Translations under genes and position numbers: made by a program
Assembly (NCBI GenBank): GCA_963827685.1
Contig: CAWHBU010000003.1
Coordinates: 544,001-608,000 of the forward strand
DNA from: an uncultured delta proteobacterium
Lineage (GTDB): Bacteria > Desulfobacterota > BSN033 > UBA1163
Length of the DNA stretch: 64,000 nt
Reading direction: 5' to 3'
The notes under the pieces: model-generated
Seen by the model: only the letters and a program-made list of their open reading frames with translations
What the model was told of the DNA's origin: nothing
The model's database searches: none
Shown here: positions 1 through 9,265 of the stretch, one piece after another
Position numbering within the stretch: position 1 is the stretch's first letter
Layout: each line of letters opens with the position of its first letter

Positions 1-392
1 CTATTTTTGTTACTATTTCGGAAATTTTTCAATTTCTTAATATCCTTTTCTAATATCCCTTTTGTTTCCGATTCGGTTTGCCATCTCTTTATCTCAAAGG
101 CGAATTTGTTTTGGTCTTCATAAAAAACTAAATCTACTGGACCGAATTGAGTTTTGACTTCTGTCTCATATTTTACATTCCTATTTTGTTCAAGATCTTC
201 ATAAAATTCTCTTAGCATGATGTATCTCAATGTATGTTCCTGCAATATACTATTTAAGACAAAAATCTTACCCTTTCCGCTCTTGATTTGATGTTGGTCC
301 AAAATATTTTGTCTTAGCAAAGAACTTATTTCTTTCTGGGCTGCTTTATACATAGCCTCAAAAACTTTTTCCCAAATATTAAACTTTAACAT
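1..392 (-). CDS. Putative PD-(D/E)XK nuclease-fold protein (partial, runs off the left edge)
   Basis: Not in the ORF track. GGAGG RBS then ATG at 392; the frame is open to base 1: MLKFNIWEKVFEAMYK...QEHTLRY...VKYETEVKTQFGPVDLVFYEDQNKFAFEIKRW...EKDIKKL. E..D..ExK spacing fits the fold; AT-rich. Confidence 0.6.
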   Translation of the reverse strand, partial: MLKFNIWEKVFEAMYKAAQKEISSLLRQNILDQHQIKSGKGKIFVLNSILQEHTLRYIMLREFYEDLEQNRNVKYETEVKTQFGPVDLVFYEDQNKFAFEIKRWQTESETKGILEKDIKKLKNFRNSNKN

Positions 393-419
393 AGCCTTAT
401 CCTCCGCAATCGCAAAAGC

Positions 420-950
420 TTAACTTTTTATAATCTTCTCTTTAAAAATGGCTACGACACGCTCAACGACCGCTTCCACATCTAATGTTGAGGTGTCGAC
501 CTGGATTTCCGAAGCTTTCTCGTAAAATGGTTTCCGTTCGGATATCGTTTCTTCTATCTCTTCCAAAGTCCCTTTTCCAGTCAATGTTGGCCTTCGGGTA
601 GAGGATCCTTGATCCTTTTGAATTCTTTTGAAAAGGGTCTGCTGATCTGCTTTAAGCCAGATAATAAAACCATTCCTTTTTAAAGCGTTGACATTGTCTG
701 TGTCAAGAACCGCTCCTCCTCCGGGGGCGATGATCAGATGATCTCCATTTGAAATCTCTTCGATGACGGTCTTCTCCAGTCTCCTAAAATGATCCCATCC
801 ATGGGATTTCACAATATCGCTGATCAGAACCCCCCGACGTTCTTCAATGAGATCATCCGTATCCACAAACCTCATCTGAAGACGGGCAGCCAGCCTGCTT
901 CCCACTGTGCTTTTGCCTGAACCGCGGTATCCGATTAAGATGATGTTCAT
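420..950 (-). CDS. aroK: Shikimate kinase
   Basis: Walker A GYRGSGKST, DTD, FRRLE, GGG and RP motifs; last gene of the aro operon. Confidence 0.95.
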   Translation of the reverse strand: MNIILIGYRGSGKSTVGSRLAARLQMRFVDTDDLIEERRGVLISDIVKSHGWDHFRRLEKTVIEEISNGDHLIIAPGGGAVLDTDNVNALKRNGFIIWLKADQQTLFKRIQKDQGSSTRRPTLTGKGTLEEIEETISERKPFYEKASEIQVDTSTLDVEAVVERVVAIFKEKIIKS

Positions 951-960
951 AAAACAACCC

Positions 961-1067
961 AGGGGTCAAGGGGTCGAGGATTCAAGGATTCAAGTGTTAT
1001 TTAAAAAAATTTATCAGTGTTTTAAGCATTTCACCCGAATCCTTGACCCCTTGAATCCTAGAACCCT
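961..1067. repeat. Two inverted arrays of 8-bp tandem repeats (AGGRKTCR x4 and reverse complement x4)
   Basis: AGGGGTCA-AGGGGTCG-AGGATTCA-AGGATTCA-AGTG at 961-996; CACC-CGAATCCT-TGACCCCT-TGAATCCT-AGAACCCT at 1032-1067. Confidence 0.85.
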
Positions 1068-1070
1068 TTT

Positions 1071-2327
1071 TTAGTAGAGCCTCTGAATAACCTTCCAAAA
1101 TTCCGGGAACGACTTATCCACACATCGTTCTCCCTTAATCTTTACTCCGGGAACCACGAGCCCTGCAACGGCAAAACTCATGGCCATACGGTGGTCGTCA
1201 TATGTCTCGATCTCTGCTCCATGGGGCCTTCCTCCTTCAATCTCCAATCTATCCTCCCCCTCTTTTGTTCGAATACCCATCTTGCTCAATTCTACAGCCA
1301 AGGCATGGAGGCGGTCCGATTCTTTAAAACGAAGGTGCCCTATATTCTGAATGACAGTCTTCCCCCGGGCAAAGGCAGCGGTAACCGCCAGAGTTGGGAC
1401 GAGGTCAGGCATTTCGTTCATATCTGTCTCGATTCCATGAAGTTCTCCACCCAGTACTTCTATCCAGTCACTTCCGCGTGTCACACGACATCCTATGCTC
1501 GCTAATATCTCGAGAAATCCTATGTCTCCTTGGACAGTAAACGGATTGAGGTTTCCAACTTTTACTCTCCCCCTGCAAACCGCTGCGGCCGAAAAAAAAT
1601 AGGAGGCATTGGAAGCATCCCCTTCAATTCGATACTTTCGTGGAAGATAGCGTTGTCCTGCCTTAATGAAAAAGGAACGGTATTCCTGGTTCTTTGTCTC
1701 CGCACCAAAGGCAGACATCACATCCCGAGTGACGTCCACATAGGGTTTGGAAGCTAAAGAACCCGTCACCTCTATGTTCACATCTTTCTGGGCATACGGT
1801 GCTACCATCAGGAGGCCGGAAAGGAATTGGCTGCTTTCTTCTCCCTTGATCCTCGCTCTACCACCCTTAAGACCCTGGGACTCCACAATCACTGGTGGAA
1901 AGCCGTCTCCTTTTTTTGAATAGGCTTTGACCCCCAACTCTACCAAGCCATTCAACAGCTCGCCGATGGGCCTCTTTCTCATCCGTTCACTTCCATCCAA
2001 AAGCGTAATTCCTTTCTTAAGAGCGGCCAGAGCTGTAAGAAATCTCATGGAGGCCCCGGAATTGCCCACGTCGATTCTGTCATCGGACGTTTTAAACTTT
2101 CCTCCTTTTCCCAGAACCCGAATATGATCGCTTCCCCAAGAGACCGGCACTCCAAATCTTATCAGCGCCTCAGCCGTATGCTCGGTATCTTCACATCGAA
2201 GGCCATTGATTAATACGGATTCTCCATCGGCTAACGAAGAAAGGATAAGGGCCCGGTGGGTATAGCTTTTTGACCCGGGGATTCTCACCACTCCATCACA
2301 ATGACTGAGGGGTGTTATTTCGATCAT
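1071..2327 (-). CDS. aroA: 3-phosphoshikimate 1-carboxyvinyltransferase (EPSP synthase)
   Basis: PGSKS..HR, GNSG..MR, SSQFLSGLLM, KESDR, DDHRMAM and KSFPEFW motifs. Confidence 0.97.
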   Translation of the reverse strand: MIEITPLSHCDGVVRIPGSKSYTHRALILSSLADGESVLINGLRCEDTEHTAEALIRFGVPVSWGSDHIRVLGKGGKFKTSDDRIDVGNSGASMRFLTALAALKKGITLLDGSERMRKRPIGELLNGLVELGVKAYSKKGDGFPPVIVESQGLKGGRARIKGEESSQFLSGLLMVAPYAQKDVNIEVTGSLASKPYVDVTRDVMSAFGAETKNQEYRSFFIKAGQRYLPRKYRIEGDASNASYFFSAAAVCRGRVKVGNLNPFTVQGDIGFLEILASIGCRVTRGSDWIEVLGGELHGIETDMNEMPDLVPTLAVTAAFARGKTVIQNIGHLRFKESDRLHALAVELSKMGIRTKEGEDRLEIEGGRPHGAEIETYDDHRMAMSFAVAGLVVPGVKIKGERCVDKSFPEFWKVIQRLY

Positions 2328-2339
2328 CTCTTTCCTTTT

Positions 2340-3197
2340 TCAAACCTGGCAGGATGGGTCTTTGTGAATTTTCTCTCTTAGCGCCCGGCGAAGATCTTTC
2401 CTGATTTGCCCAATTTCCAATCTTCTCCCCGTCCATATCTCTAATTGGGCCACACCCTGACGAACGAACATCTCCAATCCGTTGACCGTGAGACACCCTT
2501 TCTCCTTCGCCTCGCGGAGGAGTCTTGTCTGCAGGGGCTGGTAGACTATGTCCATGACCATCATCCCTTCTTTCAACAACTTTCTTGGGATAGGAGTCTC
2601 TCGATCTTGTGGAACCATTCCGAGAGAGGTGGCATTGATGATGACATCGGCTTCAAGTCCTCCTGCCTTCATCCTGACGAGAGAGGATGTCGGCAGATAA
2701 TCACACCCCAATTCTTTACTCAACTCTTCGCCCCTTTTTCTTGAGCGGTTGGAAATGATTAATTGACAGCCTCTTCCCTTTAGGCCAAAACCGATGGCCC
2801 GGGCCGCCCCACCTGCCCCAAGAAGGACGACTTTCTTTCCTCTCAAATTCATCTTTTCTTCCAATGCCCCTAAGGCCCCCTCGCAATCCGTGTTGTAGCC
2901 AATGAGCTTTCCCTCTCGATTGACAATCGTGTTAACGGCCCCGATCTTTTTTGCCAATCCTTCGACCTTATCAAGAAACGGAACCACATCAGTCTTAAAT
3001 GGGGTGGTCACGCTCACTCCCCTCACCTCAAGTCCCCTGATTCCTCTCAGGGCTTCTTCAAGATGTTTTACTTCGAAAGCCAAATAGACAGCGTTCCAGC
3101 CCAATCTTTTAAAAACGCCGTTGTGAATCATGGGGCTCAAGCTGTGTCGCACCGGATTTCCGATAACTCCGTAAAGCTCTGTCTGAGCATCAATCAT
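2340..3197 (-). CDS. aroE: Shikimate dehydrogenase
   Basis: HSLSPMIHN, SVTTPFK, GAVNT, NTD, GAGGAA, NATSLGM and GLEMFVRQG motifs. Confidence 0.96.
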   Translation of the reverse strand: MIDAQTELYGVIGNPVRHSLSPMIHNGVFKRLGWNAVYLAFEVKHLEEALRGIRGLEVRGVSVTTPFKTDVVPFLDKVEGLAKKIGAVNTIVNREGKLIGYNTDCEGALGALEEKMNLRGKKVVLLGAGGAARAIGFGLKGRGCQLIISNRSRKRGEELSKELGCDYLPTSSLVRMKAGGLEADVIINATSLGMVPQDRETPIPRKLLKEGMMVMDIVYQPLQTRLLREAKEKGCLTVNGLEMFVRQGVAQLEIWTGRRLEIGQIRKDLRRALREKIHKDPSCQV

Positions 3198-3228
3198 CTC
3201 ATTTTCTCCCGTAACACTTTAACTCTTT

Positions 3229-3393
3229 CCTAAATTTAGCGATTTTTCTTTATTAATGACATCAAAGATACTGGATTCCTGCTTCCGCAGGAATGACGAC
3301 CATCGACCACTGAATAAACATATCATTCCCGTGAAAACGGGAATCCAGAAGGCTTTATCTTTAAAAATAGGATTAAGAATCGCTCAATTTAGG
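3229..3393. mobile_element. MITE/REPIN-like element: 19-bp outer inverted repeats around a pair of ATTCC-N-GGAAT REP palindromes
   Basis: Outer IR CCTAAATTTAGCGATTTTT / AAGAATCGCTCAATTTAGG (2 mismatches). Inner CTGGATTCCTGCTTCCGCAGGAATGAC and ATCATTCCCGTGAAAACGGGAATCCAG; the same REP family occurs at 37797-37886. Confidence 0.7.
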
Positions 3394-3422
3394 TCTTTAT
3401 AAAATCACCCTGCGACGTCCCG

Positions 3423-4106
3423 CTAAAGTTTTAGCATTTTCCAGATCTCTTTCATCTCCTCAGCAGTCAGTTGCCCTGAAGCGGAAGCCCTGCTTCGATT
3501 GAGCGAAGCGTATACCCAGGCCGCTCCTAAGAAAGGAGAAAAGATGCGGCTGATCTTCCCCTTTTCGCCCATACAGAAGGCAACGATCTTCTGCCTCCTT
3601 TCTTTAGCATAGGGAATGAGCGACAGGATGGTGAGATTGTCTTCCCAGGTCCTGGCAAAGGGAACAATCTTGACCACGTCCGCTCCCAACTGAATCATTT
3701 GGCCACAAAGCCTTTGAAGTTCTTTCAGAGAAGGTGTTCTTTGGAAATTATGGAAAGAAAGGATGACTTGCGTTCTTCCTTTATTCCTGATTAAACCTCG
3801 CAGCCATGATCTCTCCGTTGCCAATTCGACGTCGATATAATCTGATCCCAAATCAATGGCTTCCTGCAAAACACTCAACCTCTTTCTTCCATCACCTTTG
3901 TATTTTCCTCCTTCTTCTTTTCTTCGATTGGTAACGATGAAAGGTTTCCGCCGGTTTTCAAGAAGAGGTGCCAGGTTCACTCTCTTGAAATAGTCTACTC
4001 GAAGCTCAATCAGGTCTGCCCATCGGTTCACTTGTTGGATAGCGAACAGAGCCTTTTCTACGGTGGTCTCGACAATAGGGATACAAAGCTTTTGCACGTT
4101 TCTCAC
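3423..4106 (-). CDS. aroD: Type I 3-dehydroquinate dehydratase
   Basis: ELRVD, EGG, DYIDVEL, SFHNF..TP, ADVVK (Schiff-base Lys), MGEKGKISR and GQL motifs. Confidence 0.95.
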   Translation of the reverse strand: MRNVQKLCIPIVETTVEKALFAIQQVNRWADLIELRVDYFKRVNLAPLLENRRKPFIVTNRRKEEGGKYKGDGRKRLSVLQEAIDLGSDYIDVELATERSWLRGLIRNKGRTQVILSFHNFQRTPSLKELQRLCGQMIQLGADVVKIVPFARTWEDNLTILSLIPYAKERRQKIVAFCMGEKGKISRIFSPFLGAAWVYASLNRSRASASGQLTAEEMKEIWKMLKL

Positions 4107-4383
4107 CTTTCTACGATGCTCTCATCAATCTGAACCCCGACTTTCTGCGTACCTGAGAGAAAACATAACACAGGCCTAAAAATTGAACAAGAACTCTCAC
4201 TAATACAGTCGCATTAATTCATGATACCCCTGCCCCACCCTCCCTTTCGAGAGACTGTGTCGTCATGTCGCAGAAATCATTTCAGCCCTGTGACGAAAAA
4301 GGGCCTCTCTTGCATTCTTCAACAGATTCTGCCATTGCGATTAATCCTTTAGGATTCCAATAGTTTCGTCATCAAGACTCTTT

Positions 4384-4399
4384 TGGCATTGAATTTGCG
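4384..4399 (+). promoter_or_regulatory. Putative sigma-54 (-24/-12) promoter
   Basis: TGGCATTGAATTTGCG: GG-N10-GC spacing, about 55 nt upstream of the PilZ ATG at 4452. Confidence 0.6.
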
Positions 4400-4451
4400 T
4401 CCAACTGATACAGGCCTTTCTTTGTCCATACTTTTTACCGGATGGGGTAAA

Positions 4452-4880
4452 ATGAACAAGCCTTCTGATCCCAAAGAGAAACGGAAATATCCGAGGGTTT
4501 TAATCAATATGCCCCTTGATTTCAAGATGACGGAGGATTCGATTCAAAGCGCGGGACTGGTCATTGATGCAAGTGAAGCCGGCCTCCTCATTCAGACTTT
4601 TAAAGATATGCCCATCGGGAAAAGAGTAACGATTGAAGTCTCGTCCCCCAAAAGGGTCAAGCCTGTAAAATTCAGTGCGATGACTGAGATTATTTGGAAA
4701 GATGTGTATATTTGGGATGATTGGGGGGCATATCAATATGGCCTAAAATTTACTCAAATTTCGTATGAAGATTATCTTAAGCTAAAACAGATTCTTAGCA
4801 GCCAATCTAATATGGAAGAGGTTACATTGGCCGATGAGTCTAACCACGAGCAAAGGTTAATCATAAAAACAAAGGTGTAG
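4452..4880 (+). CDS. PilZ domain-containing protein
   Basis: EKRKYPR (RxxxR) and DASEAG (D/NxSxxG); ends with YGLKF; ATG 4452 preferred over TTG 4383. Confidence 0.9.
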   Translation: MNKPSDPKEKRKYPRVLINMPLDFKMTEDSIQSAGLVIDASEAGLLIQTFKDMPIGKRVTIEVSSPKRVKPVKFSAMTEIIWKDVYIWDDWGAYQYGLKFTQISYEDYLKLKQILSSQSNMEEVTLADESNHEQRLIIKTKV

Positions 4881-5098
4881 CTAATAAAACAACGACCCCT
4901 TTTCTATCCCTTTTGGTTTAATCCGCCTGATCTCCCAGAAAGAACGAAACGTTATAAAATCTCAGGACTCTATCCGTTCACACTTTTATGTATTGACTTA
5001 TGAGAAAAATAGTCAGACAATGCAGGAGGAATGATAACAATGGTGGGTCTCCTATTGAACGCCTGATTAGGGAAATGTAACCGGTTTTGAAACTTTCC

Positions 5099-5398
5099 AT
5101 GAAAAGAAGGCTTGCTCAAATTTTTTTGGTTATTTTAATTTCCCTTTCTATTCCACTGCTTTCAGCGTATCTTGATTACTATGACTTGGCAGAGGCTGGT
5201 TTTCTCGCATGCGATATAAGTTTCGAAAATTCTGATGAAGATAATCCGTCGATTGATCGGCAGAACGAATACGAGGCATTCCTACCAAGTGTCTTTTCAA
5301 TCAGGTTCCCTTCAGGAATCGATCTCCTGGGACAACTCCCGCATTTTTCTTTCACAACCTGTTTTCTCGAACAAAAGACCTTCTTTCTTCGTTGTTGA
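5099..5398 (+). CDS. Small protein with an N-terminal TM/signal segment and C-terminal FLRC; possible cis-acting leader for skp
   Basis: MKRR plus hydrophobic stretch, acidic linker, ends KTFFLRC-stop; same strand and directly upstream of skp. Confidence 0.65.
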   Translation: MKRRLAQIFLVILISLSIPLLSAYLDYYDLAEAGFLACDISFENSDEDNPSIDRQNEYEAFLPSVFSIRFPSGIDLLGQLPHFSFTTCFLEQKTFFLRC

Positions 5399-5546
5399 GA
5401 AAATCCCATAACGATTCATTTCTTAGCTAGCCATACATGTCTCAATCCGCTTGGTAAACAAGCAATGGTCCTGTTTGGCATCGGTCCTTAAGAACTTCGC
5501 GGAGTCGGCATTACATCCAAAGAAATTGTAACTATCCATAAACACC

Positions 5547-6107
5547 ATGCAGGGAGAAATGACAATGGACAGAAAAAGTTTTAGAATGCTTGTGGTAATT
5601 CTCCTTCTCATCGTTATAGGAGGACTACCGACCAGGCAGGTTTACTCTCAGAATTTAAATATAAAAATCGGATCAGTTGATATCCAAAAGGCACTTAATG
5701 AGTGCCACGCGGGGAAGGAAGCCAAGAAGGCCCTCGCCAGAGAGGTGGAAACATTTCAGGGTCTCGTCGCTGAAAAACAAAGAGAACTTCAAGAAATGAA
5801 AGCATCTCTGGAGAAGCAGGGCCTGATGTTGAATCCTGAAGCGAAGGCAGCAAGAGAAAAAGATCTACAGACCAGGCTCCGAGATTTCCAGCGATGGGGA
5901 GAGGACATTCAAAACGAACTCAATCAGAAACGAACAGAAATGCAGAGGAGCATTTTTCTTGGCCTTCAAAAAGTGATTCAAAAGTTGGGGGCAGATGAAG
6001 GCTACACCCTCATTTTGGAGAAAAACGAGAACATTGTACTCTTCGCTTCCAAGTCCACTGACGTGACGGATCTGGTGATTAAAGCCTATGATGTCCAGAA
6101 GAGATAG
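5547..6107 (+). CDS. skp: Skp/OmpH periplasmic outer-membrane-protein chaperone
   Basis: Signal peptide, KIGSVDIQKAL, long coiled coil, GYTLILEK...DVTDLVIKAYD. Start may be 5565 (after GGAG). Confidence 0.9.
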   Translation: MQGEMTMDRKSFRMLVVILLLIVIGGLPTRQVYSQNLNIKIGSVDIQKALNECHAGKEAKKALAREVETFQGLVAEKQRELQEMKASLEKQGLMLNPEAKAAREKDLQTRLRDFQRWGEDIQNELNQKRTEMQRSIFLGLQKVIQKLGADEGYTLILEKNENIVLFASKSTDVTDLVIKAYDVQKR

Positions 6108-6204
6108 CACGGATGAGAGTTAGCCGGCTTGGACGTTTTTTGACGGGGCAAATAGCCTCGTATGTTAAGAAGTGCAGTAAAAAACTCTCCGGAGGTGGAA
6201 GACG

Positions 6205-6492
6205 ATGTCAGTGAGAATCATTATCGATCGGAAGGTAAAGAAGGGAAAGGAAGCGGATTTTGCCAAACTCTTGAGGAAATTAAGATCAAAATCCATTTTC
6301 TCAAAAGGTTACATCTCAGGGGAGATGCTACGAAACCGGGATGACCCTCAAAATTATATTGTGATCACAGCCTGGCAGAGTGTCGCTGACTGGGAGGAAT
6401 ATGAAAAGGTTCCAGAAACAAGTAAGATCCATGCCAAGATTGAAAAACTAATGGCGAAGCCCACGAAGGTGAAAGTATGTGTGCATGCTTAG
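6205..6492 (+). CDS. Antibiotic biosynthesis monooxygenase (ABM) family protein
   Basis: KVKKGKEADF...GYISGE..N.DDPQNYIVITAWQSVADWEEY pattern; GGAGG RBS. Confidence 0.85.
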   Translation: MSVRIIIDRKVKKGKEADFAKLLRKLRSKSIFSKGYISGEMLRNRDDPQNYIVITAWQSVADWEEYEKVPETSKIHAKIEKLMAKPTKVKVCVHA

Positions 6493-6800
6493 GTGGTTAT
6501 CTTTAAACAAAAGTTCTTCGCGCTTTCATGAACCATACCTTATTGCGCTATTTTTAATTTTTAGGCGGTTAAGTCCCGACCAGATTCACGATCAAAATTG
6601 GGCGCTGAGAGATACCTAAGAATAAAGATACATCTCACTTAGAATGAACGTTCAAAGATTACTTTCTGAATCCGTTGGGTAACAGATTTCGGCCGCGACG
6701 CAAGACTTTATTCCCAAATCGTTACCTGGCGGATTGTCGTAAAACTCTCCTCCATCTATTTTGATTTTTTGTAATAGACATTCAACTCTGTTTTTTATAT

Positions 6801-6957
6801 AGTGAAGCTCCCCGGCCGCCCCATCAAAACGGGACAGGCACGCCGGGGCTTACGGGGCACGTAGTGACGAGCGGAAAGCTCACAAAGGAAATATCGTTTT
6901 AATTGTGCCCCTTAACCCCGCCTACAAGGCGGGGCTTACGGGGCACTTGCCGGTCAA
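6801..6957 (+). mobile_element. Non-autonomous IS200/IS605-type MITE, copy 1
   Basis: AGTGAAGCTCCCCGGC..GCCGGGGCTT left hairpin and CCCCGCCTACAAGGCGGGGCTT..GGGGCAC..CCGGTCAA right end; near-identical copy at 21822-21958; no transposase. Confidence 0.75.
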
Positions 6958-7039
6958 CCCAGCCAAGGCGAGTTCTTATGATTCCGAGAAAATTTTTCAG
7001 TAAGTGCTCCAGGCATCTTGGGTAAAAAGGAGGATTCTC

Positions 7040-8452
7040 ATGGCTGAACTTTGGAGGTTATCCGGATTAGAGTTGAGGGGAATGATAGCCGCCAAAGAAG
7101 TTAAACCTTCTGAGATCATGGCAGCCGTCCTATCCCGAATTGAGAAACTGAATCCCAAGCTCAACGCCTTCTGCACAATCACCCAGGATTCAGCCATGGA
7201 CGAAGCGCGGCAAGCCGATGAAAAACTTGTCCACGGGAAGAACAAAGGGCCACTCTTCGGCCTTCCCGTGTCCATTAAAGATCTGGTTTTCACAAAGGGT
7301 ATCCGCACAACCTTTGCTTCCAAAATGCACGAAAATTTTATCCCGGATCAGGATGAAGTCGTCGTTGAGAGGCTCAAGGCAGCCGGAGCTATTATCATTG
7401 GTAAAACGAATTCGTGTGAGTACGGTTATAAGTCCGTAACGGACAGCCCCCTTTGGGGAATCACCCGTAACCCCTGGAACTTGGAGATGACTCCAGCCGG
7501 TTCGAGTGGCGGCGCAGGAGCAGCCGTGGCTTCCGGTATGGGGCCCCTGGCCGTAGGAAGTGATGGCGGAGGATCCGTCAGGGCTCGGGCAAGTTTCTGC
7601 GGAATCTTTGGTCTCAAATCATCCCGTGGAAGGATACCCATATATCCCTTGCTCTCGGGCTGGGAAACTCTGGATAGACGCGTGGCTCATTACGGTCCTC
7701 TAACCCGCACCGTGGCAGACACAGCCATGATGATGGAGGTGATGGCTGGGCCGGACGACCGGGACCCTTTGTCATTGCCAAGAGGAAAGCTCGATTACCG
7801 AGAAGAAATGAAAAAGGGGGTTCGGGGTCTGCGCATTGCCTGGAGCAGGGACCTGGGCCATGTCGTGGTTGATCCGGCAGTCCAAGAAGCCGTCGAGGCC
7901 GCAGCCCGGGTTTTTTCAAAGATGGACTGCGAGGTAGAAGAGGCTACCCCCGAGTTCCCATTGATGCATGATGCCTTTCAACTTCTTTTTGCCGCTGATT
8001 GCGCGGGCGCCATCGGAGCCCAATTGGATGAATGGAAAGATCGCTTGGATCCGGGGCTGGTAAGATTAACTGAAATTGGTCTCAAGGCCAGCGCTGCCGA
8101 TTACGTGCGCGCTGTAAACCGATGTCAGGTTCTTTGGGAGAGACTGCAGCCTTTCTTTGCGAAATATGATTTGCTCCTGACCCCCACGCTGCCGCTTCCC
8201 CCCTTTCCCGTGGGCATCGATTGGCCCAGGGAGGTTGCCGGGCAGAAGGTCCATCCTTTGAATTACCTCGGCTTCACTTATCCATTTAATTTAACCGGCC
8301 AGCCGGCGGCCTCTTTGCCCTGCGATTGGACAGCAGATGGTTTACCCATCGGTCTCCAGATCGTAGGCAGGCGTTTCGCGGATCTCACGGTCTTAAAAGC
8401 GGCGGCAGCCTTCGAGGAAGCCAGACCCTGGAAGGATAAATGGCCGGATTGA
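7040..8452 (+). CDS. Amidase signature family protein (GatA-like)
   Basis: PVSIKD, GKTN, NPW, GSSGG and GSDGGGSVR (Ser-cisSer-Lys triad); ATG 7040 follows AGGAGG. Confidence 0.93.
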   Translation: MAELWRLSGLELRGMIAAKEVKPSEIMAAVLSRIEKLNPKLNAFCTITQDSAMDEARQADEKLVHGKNKGPLFGLPVSIKDLVFTKGIRTTFASKMHENFIPDQDEVVVERLKAAGAIIIGKTNSCEYGYKSVTDSPLWGITRNPWNLEMTPAGSSGGAGAAVASGMGPLAVGSDGGGSVRARASFCGIFGLKSSRGRIPIYPLLSGWETLDRRVAHYGPLTRTVADTAMMMEVMAGPDDRDPLSLPRGKLDYREEMKKGVRGLRIAWSRDLGHVVVDPAVQEAVEAAARVFSKMDCEVEEATPEFPLMHDAFQLLFAADCAGAIGAQLDEWKDRLDPGLVRLTEIGLKASAADYVRAVNRCQVLWERLQPFFAKYDLLLTPTLPLPPFPVGIDWPREVAGQKVHPLNYLGFTYPFNLTGQPAASLPCDWTADGLPIGLQIVGRRFADLTVLKAAAAFEEARPWKDKWPD

Positions 8453-8719
8453 TCGTTTCCTTCTCCATTCTGATTGAGCGGCTTCGCAACGATCATCCCC
8501 TTGATTCAGATTCTTGATAGGCTGTGCTGACACGCCCCTCTCTCTTCCAAATAAGCGTCTCATAAGTTCCTGATAGGGGTGGGAAAGCGGCCGTTGAGTC
8601 CATGAAGACACAGCGAGCGGAGGCAGCACCCTTTAAATTTTTCTTGACCACACCAGAAAAATTTAGTAAGTTTGTGAAGAAAATTCGATACTCTCAAAAT
8701 ATTCTATCGAGGATGCCTA

Positions 8720-9106
8720 ATGAAAACAGCAGAAAGAGAAGCCAAACGCCGTTATGGGATTGCTAATTTTGAAAGAAGGACATACCGCAGATTTCCAATC
8801 CGTCTTCCGATAGAGTACTATCCAGCCGACTCGCCGACCAATCACACTGGTCAGGCTCTCGATGCCAGTGAAGGTGGGTTACAGATTCTCTTTCCAGAAC
8901 AGATGAAGATTGGCCAAAGCCTGAATTTGAAGCTTTTTTTCTCTTCCCAATCTGAATTGAATACAATCGAGGCGCTTGTTGAGGTGGTTTGGATTAACAC
9001 CCAACTGGACGAAGGTGAAAAACATTATCGATCTGGTGTAAGATTTGTCAATATCTCTCCAGAAGATATGAGTAAGCTGAGAAATTTTTCGGCAAGTTTC
9101 TTGTAA
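8720..9106 (+). CDS. PilZ domain-containing protein
   Basis: ERRTYRR, DASEGG and SGVRF; paralog of 20391-20786. Confidence 0.9.
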   Translation: MKTAEREAKRRYGIANFERRTYRRFPIRLPIEYYPADSPTNHTGQALDASEGGLQILFPEQMKIGQSLNLKLFFSSQSELNTIEALVEVVWINTQLDEGEKHYRSGVRFVNISPEDMSKLRNFSASFL

Positions 9107-9265
9107 TCTCCCTGATGGTTTGACAGACTGAAAGTTATTCTACCTCTCTTTCTTCGTGGTTTTGGCTTTGTTCCCGAATGGAAAGGGTATCTTTGAGGAC
9201 AGGCCAGACGGCCACGGAGCGAAGGGTTTTTTTGCTCGATACATGAAAATAGTGCAGAAAGAAGA

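Noticed and set aside
6678-6726. GGTAAC..GTTACC inverted repeat resembling attC
   Set aside because: At 49 bp it is shorter than known attC sites and lacks inner L boxes.
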